64,000 nucleotides of DNA from an uncultured Planctomycetales bacterium (GTDB lineage: Bacteria; Omnitrophota; Gorgyraeia; Zapsychrales; Fredricksoniimonadaceae): positions 1,082,732-1,146,731 of the forward strand of contig CAZNDZ010000001.1 in the NCBI GenBank assembly GCA_964572155.1, written 5' to 3'. Below, in pieces: positions 1-8,498 of the stretch; the first letter of the stretch is position 1, and every line of letters starts with the position of its first letter. The notes beneath the pieces are model-generated. The model saw only the letters and a list, made by a program, of their open reading frames with translations, searched no databases and had not been told where the DNA came from. Both the position numbers and the translations under genes were made by a program.

Positions 1-1090
1 TGACTTTTTCGACTTCAGCCGCAGGCATTTTGAATCGGCAGGATTTGCATTGATAGTAATAATATTTTGTCCCGTTATGACTTGTCCCGCAGGTTCCTTC
101 CATGGGTTTTTGGCATGCCTCACACATCAGCAATCCACCGTTTAAAAGATAGTTATGGGTATACGATGTGGTTCCATTATGTTTGGTGGCTTGGTTCTGG
201 GTTAGCAGATGCTGGACTTTGTAAAAGGTATCTTCATCTACCAGCGGTTCCCATACCGCAGGCACGACGTGATAACGCTGGTTCTCGGGAAGTTTTTCTT
301 GGGGGAGGCTTCGCCATCGTTTATTGATTTCCTTTTTGCCGACATAGGCTAGATTAATCAGCACATGGCGAATGGATGATCGTCCGAATTTCTTTGGTAC
401 TTGGATTTTATTGCGACGTGAAGTGTATCCTTTTGTCCGGTGGCCGCTGGCATTCAGCCGTCGGGCGGTTTCGATAAGTGATCCACATTCCAAATACTTC
501 TTAAAAGCAAATTGAACGGTGGATTGTTCTTGTTGATTGACGCCTAAATAACCTTTCTTGGCAGGGTCAAGGTCGTAACCTAATAAATGTCCGCCGTTCC
601 ATAGACCACGCTCAGCGCGGGCAAGAGTGGCATCGCGGTTACGTTCGGACGTTTGTGTGCGCTCAAATTCGGCCAAGGCCATCATGATGGTGATGAACAG
701 TTTGCCTTGAGAGGAGGTGGTGTCGTAATTTTGTTTCAGGCAGACGAATTCCACATTATGCTTGGTGAGGATTTCAAAAAAGTTGAGGAAGTCTTTAACC
801 GAACGGCTGATGCGGTCAAGCGCAGTGCAAATGACCGTGTTGACTTTGCCCGATTCCATGTCCGCGAACAATTGGGCAAATTCAGGGCTTCGAAAAGAAT
901 CTTTCCCGGAAACGCCTTTGAGGATATACCGTCCGGTTTCAACCCATTGCTCATCACAGGCCGTATTTTTATATTCAACGTGCGCCTGCAATCGCTGGAG
1001 CTGGTTTGTCAGCGACCCTTCAGGATTGCGCGCTTGTTTGTCTGTGCTGACCCTGATCACAAATCCACATCGTTTAGTTGTTCTTTCCAT
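1..1090 (-). CDS. Large serine recombinase (resolvase/invertase-type catalytic domain plus long C-terminal extension); C-terminus runs past window start
   Basis: Manual translation of the minus strand from ATG at 1090 gives MERTTKRCGFVIRVSTDKQARNPEGSLTNQ..., with the catalytic-serine motif RVSTDKQ. The frame stays open for >360 codons to position 1. It is absent from the ORF track only because no stop lies inside the window. Confidence 0.85.
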   Translation of the reverse strand, partial: MERTTKRCGFVIRVSTDKQARNPEGSLTNQLQRLQAHVEYKNTACDEQWVETGRYILKGVSGKDSFRSPEFAQLFADMESGKVNTVICTALDRISRSVKDFLNFFEILTKHNVEFVCLKQNYDTTSSQGKLFITIMMALAEFERTQTSERNRDATLARAERGLWNGGHLLGYDLDPAKKGYLGVNQQEQSTVQFAFKKYLECGSLIETARRLNASGHRTKGYTSRRNKIQVPKKFGRSSIRHVLINLAYVGKKEINKRWRSLPQEKLPENQRYHVVPAVWEPLVDEDTFYKVQHLLTQNQATKHNGTTSYTHNYLLNGGLLMCEACQKPMEGTCGTSHNGTKYYYYQCKSCRFKMPAAEVEKV

Positions 1091-1120
1091 AGCCCAACCC
1101 TATAACAACCCTTTCCCCAG

Positions 1121-1324
1121 TCAAGCTGAATCACCCTTATTCATGATTTCCCGTGCTTTATTTATGGCTTCAGTTATTTTTTCCTGACGTTTTGGATCAA
1201 AGCGCAATAAGCCTTCCTTTTTAAGCAAATCATAAACGCCCGAAGCAATGATTGTATTTATTTGCTTGTTATATTCATCCCAATCGGGAGGTTCTATATA
1301 TTCAACGTCAACCTTCAGTGCCAC
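1121..1324 (-). CDS. Small hypothetical protein (67 aa) immediately upstream of, and co-oriented with, the serine recombinase
   Basis: ORF in the track; 30 nt from the recombinase start; no recognisable motif. Possibly a recombination directionality factor or regulator, but this is unsupported. Confidence 0.35.
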   Translation of the reverse strand: MALKVDVEYIEPPDWDEYNKQINTIIASGVYDLLKKEGLLRFDPKRQEKITEAINKAREIMNKGDSA

Positions 1325-1375
1325 ATTTAACCCCTTTTAAAGAAAATTAGTTCCCTCATAGATGTACACGACATT

Positions 1376-1950
1376 TTTTTGAAAGTGTCGAAGCGTTTTA
1401 GGCTTACAGCGTCAATAAATTAAATTTTTGTTCGACGCTTTTAGAAATTCTACGTGTCCATAGGTGAAAGGGGGTTTCGACACTTTCCTAAAAACACTGT
1501 GTTCACCTATGGGGGATAGCCCCTTTACTAGTGCTTTACGGAATTTTTTGAAAAGTGTCGGGATTGTTTTTTAATAATTTATGCCGACACTTTGGCAAAT
1601 TTTCCGGAATACACCTATGAGGGCAAATGCCCCTCTACTAGTGATTACGTAATTTTTTGAAAAGTGTCGAACCGATTTTGGCTGATAGCGTCGAGAAAAT
1701 ATTTTTTTAATGCGACACTTTTGGGAATTTTCCGTAATCACATATGAGAGGGCTTACTCCCTTAGGCATACATACGACAAAAATTGGAAAAGTGCCGAGT
1801 TAAATCAAGCCGACACTTTAGGGGAAAACGTCGTACTCATGCATGAGAGTGATTTCAGAAGATGTGCGTTTTGGGAAGTTTTACGTAATCACCTATGGGG
1901 GCAGATTCGACACTTTTTGGAATTTCCTGTAATCACCTATGAGGGGCATT
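1376..1950. repeat. Iteron-type array: at least 6 imperfect direct repeats of a ~40-bp core (CGACACTTT..GGAATTTTCCGTAATCACCTATGAGGGGC) interleaved with inverted half-sites (GAAAAGTGTCG)
   Basis: Core copies read at ~1477, 1585, 1722, 1810, 1868 and 1906. Inverted half-sites sit at ~1376, 1545, 1651 and 1790. The array lies directly upstream of the primase/helicase gene. Confidence 0.6.
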
Positions 1951-1982
1951 AATTAAGAGGGTTGTTAAAAGGGAGAAGGGCG

Positions 1983-4262
1983 ATGTGGAAAAATTTAGCT
2001 GGGATTATTCCCGAAGAATTAAAGAAACAAAGGGCATGGGTTGGCTATGTGCTTAAACCTAAGGGGAATAAGATCGATAAAATCCCCATGAATGTGATGA
2101 CTGGCCAGCCTGCCAAGAGCAATGATCCGGAAACGTGGACGGATTTTGATTCTGCCGTGGCATTGGCTATTCAGCGCGGATATGCGGGCATAGGTTTTAT
2201 GTTCCAGCCGCCTTTTGTAGGCATAGATATAGACCATTGCGTGCAAGATGGCCGCTTATCTGACATGGCGGTCGATATTTTAAAGATCATGAATTGCTAC
2301 GCTGAATATTCCCCCAGCGGCACAGGTGTCCACTTGATCTTTAAAGGTGAAATCAAACGCGCAAGGCGCATTGCAGGCAAGGGACTAGAGATTTATTCAA
2401 AAGGAAGATTTTTTACTGTTACGGGAAATCGGCTAATGGATTATCCAGCTGTGGTTGAGGACAGGACATCGGATCTTAATCAGATATGGTCAAAATATTT
2501 TGAACCGCAAGAGGACATATTATCCAAGATTGCCAAGAGTAAAGATGCCGATAAATTTAACAAACTTTTTTCCGGTCAATGGCAGGGTGATTATCCATCA
2601 CAAAGCGAAGCTGATCTTGCATTGTGCAATAAATTGGCGTTTTGGACAGGCAAGGACGCAGGCAAAATGGATTCGCTATTTCGGCAATCCGGTTTGTTCA
2701 GGACCAAATGGGATGATAAGCATTTTGGCGATGGCAAGACCTATGGCCAAAGTGTTATTGAAAAGGCAGTTAGCAGTTGTTCGAGTTCTTATGAACATCC
2801 TTCCGAGCATTTCTGGCCGCGTCAGAGAGAAAAAATTCCTCAAGGCGAAATCATCACCCGCGACTGTGAAGAAAACATTAAACAATTCTTTCAAGATCAG
2901 CAGGGCAATTGTTTTATTGTTCTGCCCTTCGATAACCATCAAGAGGTGTGCCTAACCGACAGCAGTCGTTTTCGCAATTGGATGGCCAAGCGTTATCGCG
3001 ATGCGTATGGTGCACCACCCAATAATGAAGCATTAAAACAAGCCCGGGTTCAGGTGGAAGCGATTTGCGAGTCATCGCCCAAGGTGGAATTGTTTAACCG
3101 CGTTGGCTGGCATGACGAGGCCATTTATTACGATTTAACAACACCAGACTGGAAGGGAATTAAACTTACCAAAGATGGATGGGAGATTGTAGCGTTACCA
3201 TCCATATTCCGCAGGTATAACCATCAAAGCCAGCAAGTTATTCCAGTTAAAGGTGGCGACCCAAAAGAGATTTTGAAATTTTGCAATGTTGCAAAAGAAG
3301 ACCACTGTCTTTTTATGGTCACTATTGCTACGTTTTTTATTCCCAATATTCCTCATGTCATACCCACCCAAAGCGGTGAGCAGGGTACCGGCAAATCCAA
3401 CAATAGCCGCAAGATCAAAGGATTAAGTGACCCATCCAAGGTTATGCTTATTTCTGCTCCCAAGGATTTGGAGCAAGCGCAAATGATCGCGGACAAGCAT
3501 TGGATTAATAACTTTGACAATATTTCCCGCATCCCTGAATGGCTTAGCGACTTTTTATGTCGTGCAGTCACAGGCGAAGGCGACATGAAGCGCAGTTTAT
3601 ACACTAATGACGATGAGTACATTCGTTCTTACCGTAGATGTTTTGTGCTTAATGGAATTGGCGTATCGGCATGGCGACCTGATTTATTAGACCGCTCGAT
3701 TGTCTTTGATGTTCCTGTTCTTTCTAACCGCCGTCCAGAGCGATTAATTGAAAAGGAATGGAACGAAGCCTTACCGCGCATATTAGGCGGCTTCTTTACA
3801 GCTATTTCCAAAGCCATGAATAGCGTTGATGCCGTAACCGGCCATGAGAAATTTCGCATGGCCGACTTTGCCCAATGGGGCGCCTGTCTTGCTGATGAAT
3901 TAGGTTTCAGCCGAGAAGAGTTTTTCCGCAAGTATCAGGATTCCGTTAATCGTAAATGGCAGGACACCGCTGAGGACAGCTCATTTGCCGCGAAGATCAG
4001 AAACTTGGTTGATAGCAATGCCGGGTTTTGGCAAGGGTCGGTCAGTGACATATTGGAAAAAATAAAATCCCCTAATGGTTTTGATAAGAACATTCCACAA
4101 ACGCCCAAGGCACTCGCGTCTGAATTGATGCGTTTGGCACCTGTCATGCGCAATGTGGGTATTGACATTATCCGAAGTGATAAGCGCGAGGCAGGAACAG
4201 GCAGGAAGGTTTTTATATTCAGGAAGCGGCCAGATGAACTTTCTGAGCCAAGGCCATTTTGA
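1983..4262 (+). CDS. Replication protein: N-terminal primase-polymerase-like domain fused to a P-loop (D5/SF3-like) helicase domain (phage/plasmid primase P4-family-like)
   Basis: Walker A motif GEQGTGKS in the C-terminal half. The N-terminal region is rich in conserved acidic and His residues (GIDIDHC, SGTGVHL). An RBS (GGGAGAAGGG) precedes the ATG at 1983; the track ORF begins at TTG 1962. Confidence 0.75.
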   Translation: MWKNLAGIIPEELKKQRAWVGYVLKPKGNKIDKIPMNVMTGQPAKSNDPETWTDFDSAVALAIQRGYAGIGFMFQPPFVGIDIDHCVQDGRLSDMAVDILKIMNCYAEYSPSGTGVHLIFKGEIKRARRIAGKGLEIYSKGRFFTVTGNRLMDYPAVVEDRTSDLNQIWSKYFEPQEDILSKIAKSKDADKFNKLFSGQWQGDYPSQSEADLALCNKLAFWTGKDAGKMDSLFRQSGLFRTKWDDKHFGDGKTYGQSVIEKAVSSCSSSYEHPSEHFWPRQREKIPQGEIITRDCEENIKQFFQDQQGNCFIVLPFDNHQEVCLTDSSRFRNWMAKRYRDAYGAPPNNEALKQARVQVEAICESSPKVELFNRVGWHDEAIYYDLTTPDWKGIKLTKDGWEIVALPSIFRRYNHQSQQVIPVKGGDPKEILKFCNVAKEDHCLFMVTIATFFIPNIPHVIPTQSGEQGTGKSNNSRKIKGLSDPSKVMLISAPKDLEQAQMIADKHWINNFDNISRIPEWLSDFLCRAVTGEGDMKRSLYTNDDEYIRSYRRCFVLNGIGVSAWRPDLLDRSIVFDVPVLSNRRPERLIEKEWNEALPRILGGFFTAISKAMNSVDAVTGHEKFRMADFAQWGACLADELGFSREEFFRKYQDSVNRKWQDTAEDSSFAAKIRNLVDSNAGFWQGSVSDILEKIKSPNGFDKNIPQTPKALASELMRLAPVMRNVGIDIIRSDKREAGTGRKVFIFRKRPDELSEPRPF

Positions 4263-4448
4263 TGTTCACACAGTTACTGCCTTGGCAGTAAAGGGGTTGT
4301 GGAGTTTTGTGAATATCGTGAATCACACAATCTAATTAAGAAGATTTAATAAAAGAAAAGGAGGTAATAACACAAACAACAATCGTAGAAATCACAGGAA
4401 AAGAAGTTCACAACGCTCACTAACATCACAAAAACGGAGGGTAGGACA

Positions 4449-5111
4449 ATGAAACTCAATTTCTTAAAAGTTTTAAACAATCAGAACAACACGCCGGAAG
4501 AAATCGCCGAGCAGATCGTAGCGCTGGAGCAAAAGCAGGTCGAATACGAAAAGCAATTTTCCGCCTTACGCCTACAGGCTAAAGAATTTCGTCAAAAGAA
4601 ACTGTGCGGTGATGTTATATCTGACGCGCAGATCAATGAAGCAGATCGCAAGGTTGAGAATGCCAGCCTTGATTTAGAAGCGGTCAATGAAAGCATAACC
4701 AAGCTAATTGACAAATTACGTAAGTCGTATGAATCCATCGTCGCCAATGGCCATATCGTTGGAGGCCAGAAAATGAAAACAATAGAACCTGAGCGTGATC
4801 GTCTCATGGAAGAACTGGCGCACGCTAAAGCCAAGCTATTGGTTATCGCTGAGCAAATATGGGGAAATGGTGTAATCCGCAAGTTAAAAGATAGCAGCGT
4901 ATTTGATGATGACGCTAAAACTGATCCTATTATGAAAGAAGATGTGGAACGATTAAGGATGGCCGTTAAACAGCCGAGCTATTATGACAAGTATCAGCAA
5001 GCTCAAAGTTATTCCAGCTGGACGAATAATTTAAGGGTTGAGGATGAGATTGCCCGGGTTCTTGAACAACAGCGGATTAAATTAAACGTACCAGTTAAGG
5101 AATCGGTTTAA
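4449..5111 (+). CDS. Hypothetical coiled-coil protein (220 aa)
   Basis: GGAGGG RBS 7 nt upstream. Heptad-rich, charged sequence with no catalytic motif. Confidence 0.5.
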   Translation: MKLNFLKVLNNQNNTPEEIAEQIVALEQKQVEYEKQFSALRLQAKEFRQKKLCGDVISDAQINEADRKVENASLDLEAVNESITKLIDKLRKSYESIVANGHIVGGQKMKTIEPERDRLMEELAHAKAKLLVIAEQIWGNGVIRKLKDSSVFDDDAKTDPIMKEDVERLRMAVKQPSYYDKYQQAQSYSSWTNNLRVEDEIARVLEQQRIKLNVPVKESV

Positions 5112-5402
5112 GTAAAAATATGCGGAGGGGCTTAAGAAGGTTTCCATAGGCCTGATTAAGTCTTGCTATGAACATGGTGCATAGCAAAAGGGCGGGCGCT
5201 TCCCCCAAAACAATCCTTCCTCCGCACACCTTTTTTGGGTCCTTCCGGGTGGGGTACCGTATGCGGGTCGGGCGATGCTCGGACTGTCAGTGATACAAAA
5301 ATTAAAAAATGTCGTGTCGTGGTCGTATGGGGTGGTTTTGGGTGGTGCTTATGTGTATTCCTCGTCAACAATTTAATTTTATGATGCGACATAGGGTCGG
5401 AC

Positions 5403-5446
5403 AAACCGGACATTGTCAATGTCCGAATGTCCTATTGTGTCCGGTT
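5403..5446. promoter_or_regulatory. Nested inverted repeat (AAACCGGACA...TGTCCGGTTT enclosing the 17-bp palindrome GGACATTGTCAATGTCC); candidate operator upstream of the HTH gene and hsdR
   Basis: Perfect palindrome read directly at 5408-5424 with 10-bp outer arms. It lies ~80 bp upstream of the 5525 ORF. Confidence 0.35.
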
Positions 5447-5524
5447 TAAGGAATTGGTTGTTTGTGAAATTATATGTGATAGAATACGGTTTAAAATGTA
5501 ACAGGCAAATGAGGAGATTTATTA

Positions 5525-5710
5525 ATGCAAGGGCTTGTTAAAGCATTTACATCAGAAGAGATAGCAGAGTATCTACGATTGCATCCGTACACCATTCGAC
5601 GCTTGGCAAGGGAAGGAAAAATCCCCGCCTTCCGTGCTGGCGGCCAATGGCGGTTTAGGAAGGATGATATTGATAAGTGGTCGAAGGCGTATCCGTTTGT
5701 AAAAAAATAA
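5525..5710 (+). CDS. Excisionase/AlpA-family helix-turn-helix DNA-binding protein (61 aa)
   Basis: The sequence ...EIAEYLRLHPYTIRRLAREGKIPAFRAGGQWRFRKDDIDKW is typical of MerR-like excisionase-family HTH_17 proteins. The gene ends 28 bp before hsdR. Confidence 0.7.
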   Translation: MQGLVKAFTSEEIAEYLRLHPYTIRRLAREGKIPAFRAGGQWRFRKDDIDKWSKAYPFVKK

Positions 5711-5738
5711 ATTATAAAGAGAAAAGGGCATACCCCCA

Positions 5739-8495
5739 ATGCCAGAAAAACTAAACGAAGCAAAAACACGTGTCAAAATCATTGATCCCCTTTTAACAGC
5801 TGCTGGATGGGATTTAAACGATCTCACCAAAGTCCGCAGGGAAGTGCCCGTGGATGGATATGACAAAGAACCGTGGAATGGTGTGACGGATTATTGCCTT
5901 TATGACTCCCGCAATAATGTTTTGGCTGTTGTCGAAGCCAAGAAAATGAGCCGAAGCCCACGGGAAGCAGACGAGCAGTTGCGGTATTACTTAAATTACA
6001 TTAGCAAAAATCAGGAATTTACACCGTTTGGATTTATGTCTAATGGGCTCAATACTTATTTCTGGGAAATAGGTTTAGCGCATCCGCGTTTGATTGCAGG
6101 ATTCTTTAGTCCAGAAGATTTGTCGCGTTTGTTATTCCTTCGCCAAAACCAAAAAGAACTTAGTGATTCATCTATTAATCGATCAATTGCCAGTCGACCT
6201 TATCAACAAGAAGCAGTCCGTCGGGTTTGTGAAGCGTTTTCACAAGGCAAAAGACGTGCGCTGATCGTGATGGCAACAGGAACAGGGAAGACTCGCACCA
6301 CAATGGCGCTTATTGAAATATTTCTAAAAACAAATCAGGCTAGGAATGTTCTGTTCTTGGCTGATCGTGATGCGTTGGTTGAGCAGGCGTTATCGGATGG
6401 ATTTAAATCCCATTTACCAAATGAACCACGGGACAGGATTTATACGCGCAATATCGACACGACAAAACGTTTATTTGTGGCAACAGAACAAACAATGAAT
6501 GTGTGTTATACAAAATTTAGTCTTGGATTTTTTGATTTGATTATTTTTGATGAGGCGCATCGTTCCATATTTCACAGGTTTTCAGAAGTCATGGATTATT
6601 TTGACGCGCGTATGGTTGGTCTTACGGCAACACCTGCTACTTTTATTGATAGAGACACATTCGGTGTTTTTGGTTGTCAAAATAGCACACCGACATTCCT
6701 TTACGACTATAAGACCGCAGTAAAGGAAGAATATCTGGTTGATTTTAGTTTATACCAAGCCCAGACAGGATTTCAGCGCAAAGGGATTAAGGGTGTTGAA
6801 TTAAGTGAAGAGGACAAGAACGCTTTAATTACTCAAGGTATTGATCCTGATGAGATTGATTATTCAGGAACAGATATTGAAGTGGCTGTCAGCAACAAAG
6901 ACACCATACGCAAACAATGCGAAGAAATTTGGGATGCGTGTTTAAAAGATCAATCAGGTCAGCTTCCAGGTAAAACAATCATCTTTGCCATGACCAAGGA
7001 ACACGCAGAGCGTATCCGCGAAGTCTTTGAAGAAATGTATCCGCAACAACTGGATTTAGTGCAGGTTATTACGTCCAGCACAGAGCGTGTGCGCGACGGC
7101 AGTTACGGTGATGGTTTAATTACAAAATTCAAAAAGAATAATTTGCCAAGGATTGCTATCTCTGTTGATATGCTCGACACCGGAATCGACGTGCCGGAGG
7201 TGGTTAATCTGGTTTTTATGAAGCCCGTTCAGTCACAAATCAAAATGTGGCAAATGATCGGACGCGGCACCAGAAGCAATGCCACATGCATGTATTTTGA
7301 TAGATTGCCAGACGGTAAGAAAACAGAATTTAAAATCATTGATTTCTGGCAAAACGATTTTCAAAAAGACCCCAAGGGTGGGGCATCTCCCGTTATTCCT
7401 ATTTTGGTGTCCATTTTTAACACGAGATTAAAGAGTTTTGAAGCTCTCGATAAATCAAGGCAGGCCGAAGATTATGCGCAGGTGGTTGCAGATTTACGCG
7501 CTATGGTTGAACGTATTCCTGTCGATTGTTTCTCAGTTAGAAGAGTGTGGGTAGAAATTGAACATGTTTGGGGTGATGAGTTTTGGACGTTATTGACTAA
7601 GGATAAAATTGAATTTTTACGCCTTAGGATTGGGCCCTTGTTGCGATTTGTGGGAGAGGTTGATGTTGCCGCTGAAACATTTACCAGTAAACTTGAGAGA
7701 TTGCGTTATCAAGTATTCACTGGCAAGGTAATGCCTGATTTATTGCGTTCCATTGCCGAAGATGTCAGCCTGTTGCCCGAATATATTTTGAAAGATGAAA
7801 AGTATGCTAAATCAGCAGAGTTGTGTTTGTCTGATAAATTGGCAAGTGCATCACCTAAAGAATTGCGTCAGGTCATTATAGATTTGGCGGGTGTGATGCG
7901 AAACCGTAGGAATCGGCAGAATACCTTTATTTCAATTGATCTGCCAGATTTCATTGATACGCGCGGCCTTATTTCAATTGGCGAGGGTGGTGAGCAGATT
8001 TACGTTGAAGAGTATAGGAAACGGGTTGAAGCAAAGGTGCTGTCTATCATAGAAAATCATCCGGCCATTGAAGCGATCCGTCAGGGCAGGGATGTTAGTG
8101 AAGAAGATTTAATTTCTCTAGAACGGGCTTTGCATGATGGGCTAACAGGGGGAGATATACAGCTAAGTACGCTGAATATCAAGCGGGCGTATGGTCTAAA
8201 GGTCAGTAGTTTCCTTGGGTTTATTCGTCATATTTTATCGCTGGATACCATTCCCGAATATGCGTCTGTCGTTGGACGTTGCTTTGAGAATTTTATTACA
8301 GCGCATCATTACAATGCGGATCAGATTTTATTTTTGCGCGCTGTCCAGAATGTGTTCTTACAAAAGCGAAAACTTAGTGAAGCGGATCTATACGAACCGC
8401 CATTAACCAATTTTGGCAGGAACGCGGTTGATAAATTATTTTCACCAGATGATGTGCGTGATCTTCTGCAATTTGCCCAAAGGATAGAGGTCTAA
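5739..8495 (+). CDS. hsdR: Type I restriction enzyme R subunit
   Basis: N-terminal HsdR_N-like segment (TRVKIIDPLLTAAGWD). DEAD-box helicase Walker A (MATGTGKTRT), DEAH-like box (FDEAH) and the helicase C-terminal domain are present. Confidence 0.85.
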   Translation: MPEKLNEAKTRVKIIDPLLTAAGWDLNDLTKVRREVPVDGYDKEPWNGVTDYCLYDSRNNVLAVVEAKKMSRSPREADEQLRYYLNYISKNQEFTPFGFMSNGLNTYFWEIGLAHPRLIAGFFSPEDLSRLLFLRQNQKELSDSSINRSIASRPYQQEAVRRVCEAFSQGKRRALIVMATGTGKTRTTMALIEIFLKTNQARNVLFLADRDALVEQALSDGFKSHLPNEPRDRIYTRNIDTTKRLFVATEQTMNVCYTKFSLGFFDLIIFDEAHRSIFHRFSEVMDYFDARMVGLTATPATFIDRDTFGVFGCQNSTPTFLYDYKTAVKEEYLVDFSLYQAQTGFQRKGIKGVELSEEDKNALITQGIDPDEIDYSGTDIEVAVSNKDTIRKQCEEIWDACLKDQSGQLPGKTIIFAMTKEHAERIREVFEEMYPQQLDLVQVITSSTERVRDGSYGDGLITKFKKNNLPRIAISVDMLDTGIDVPEVVNLVFMKPVQSQIKMWQMIGRGTRSNATCMYFDRLPDGKKTEFKIIDFWQNDFQKDPKGGASPVIPILVSIFNTRLKSFEALDKSRQAEDYAQVVADLRAMVERIPVDCFSVRRVWVEIEHVWGDEFWTLLTKDKIEFLRLRIGPLLRFVGEVDVAAETFTSKLERLRYQVFTGKVMPDLLRSIAEDVSLLPEYILKDEKYAKSAELCLSDKLASASPKELRQVIIDLAGVMRNRRNRQNTFISIDLPDFIDTRGLISIGEGGEQIYVEEYRKRVEAKVLSIIENHPAIEAIRQGRDVSEEDLISLERALHDGLTGGDIQLSTLNIKRAYGLKVSSFLGFIRHILSLDTIPEYASVVGRCFENFITAHHYNADQILFLRAVQNVFLQKRKLSEADLYEPPLTNFGRNAVDKLFSPDDVRDLLQFAQRIEV

Positions 8496-8498
8496 AAA

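Noticed and set aside
67-1187. Plus-strand ORFs 67-327, 653-1105 and 762-1187
   Set aside because: They lie antisense to the serine recombinase, whose minus-strand frame is open from 1090 to position 1 with a clear catalytic motif. The plus-strand ORFs have no motifs or RBS and are shadow ORFs.
1376-1950. Iteron array as a possible CRISPR array (track ORF 1710-1952 lies inside it)
   Set aside because: The repeats are imperfect and of uneven spacing, and they mix direct and inverted copies. There are no cas genes. They sit directly upstream of a replication initiator, so iterons fit better. The 80-aa ORF inside is a repeat artefact.
2019-4335. Multiple internal or antisense ORFs inside the primase-helicase gene (2019-2246, 2455-2955, 2676-2942, 3353-4168, 4153-4335)
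   Set aside because: They overlap a long, motif-supported CDS, and none has its own signals.
5156-5419. Minus-strand 87-aa ORF in the GC-rich spacer
   Set aside because: Its translation is low-complexity (His/Pro/Thr runs) with no RBS. The region is better explained as a structured non-coding segment.
5491-5866. Minus-strand ORFs 5491-5769 and 5573-5866
   Set aside because: Antisense to the excisionase-family HTH gene and the hsdR start, which are well supported. They are shadow ORFs.
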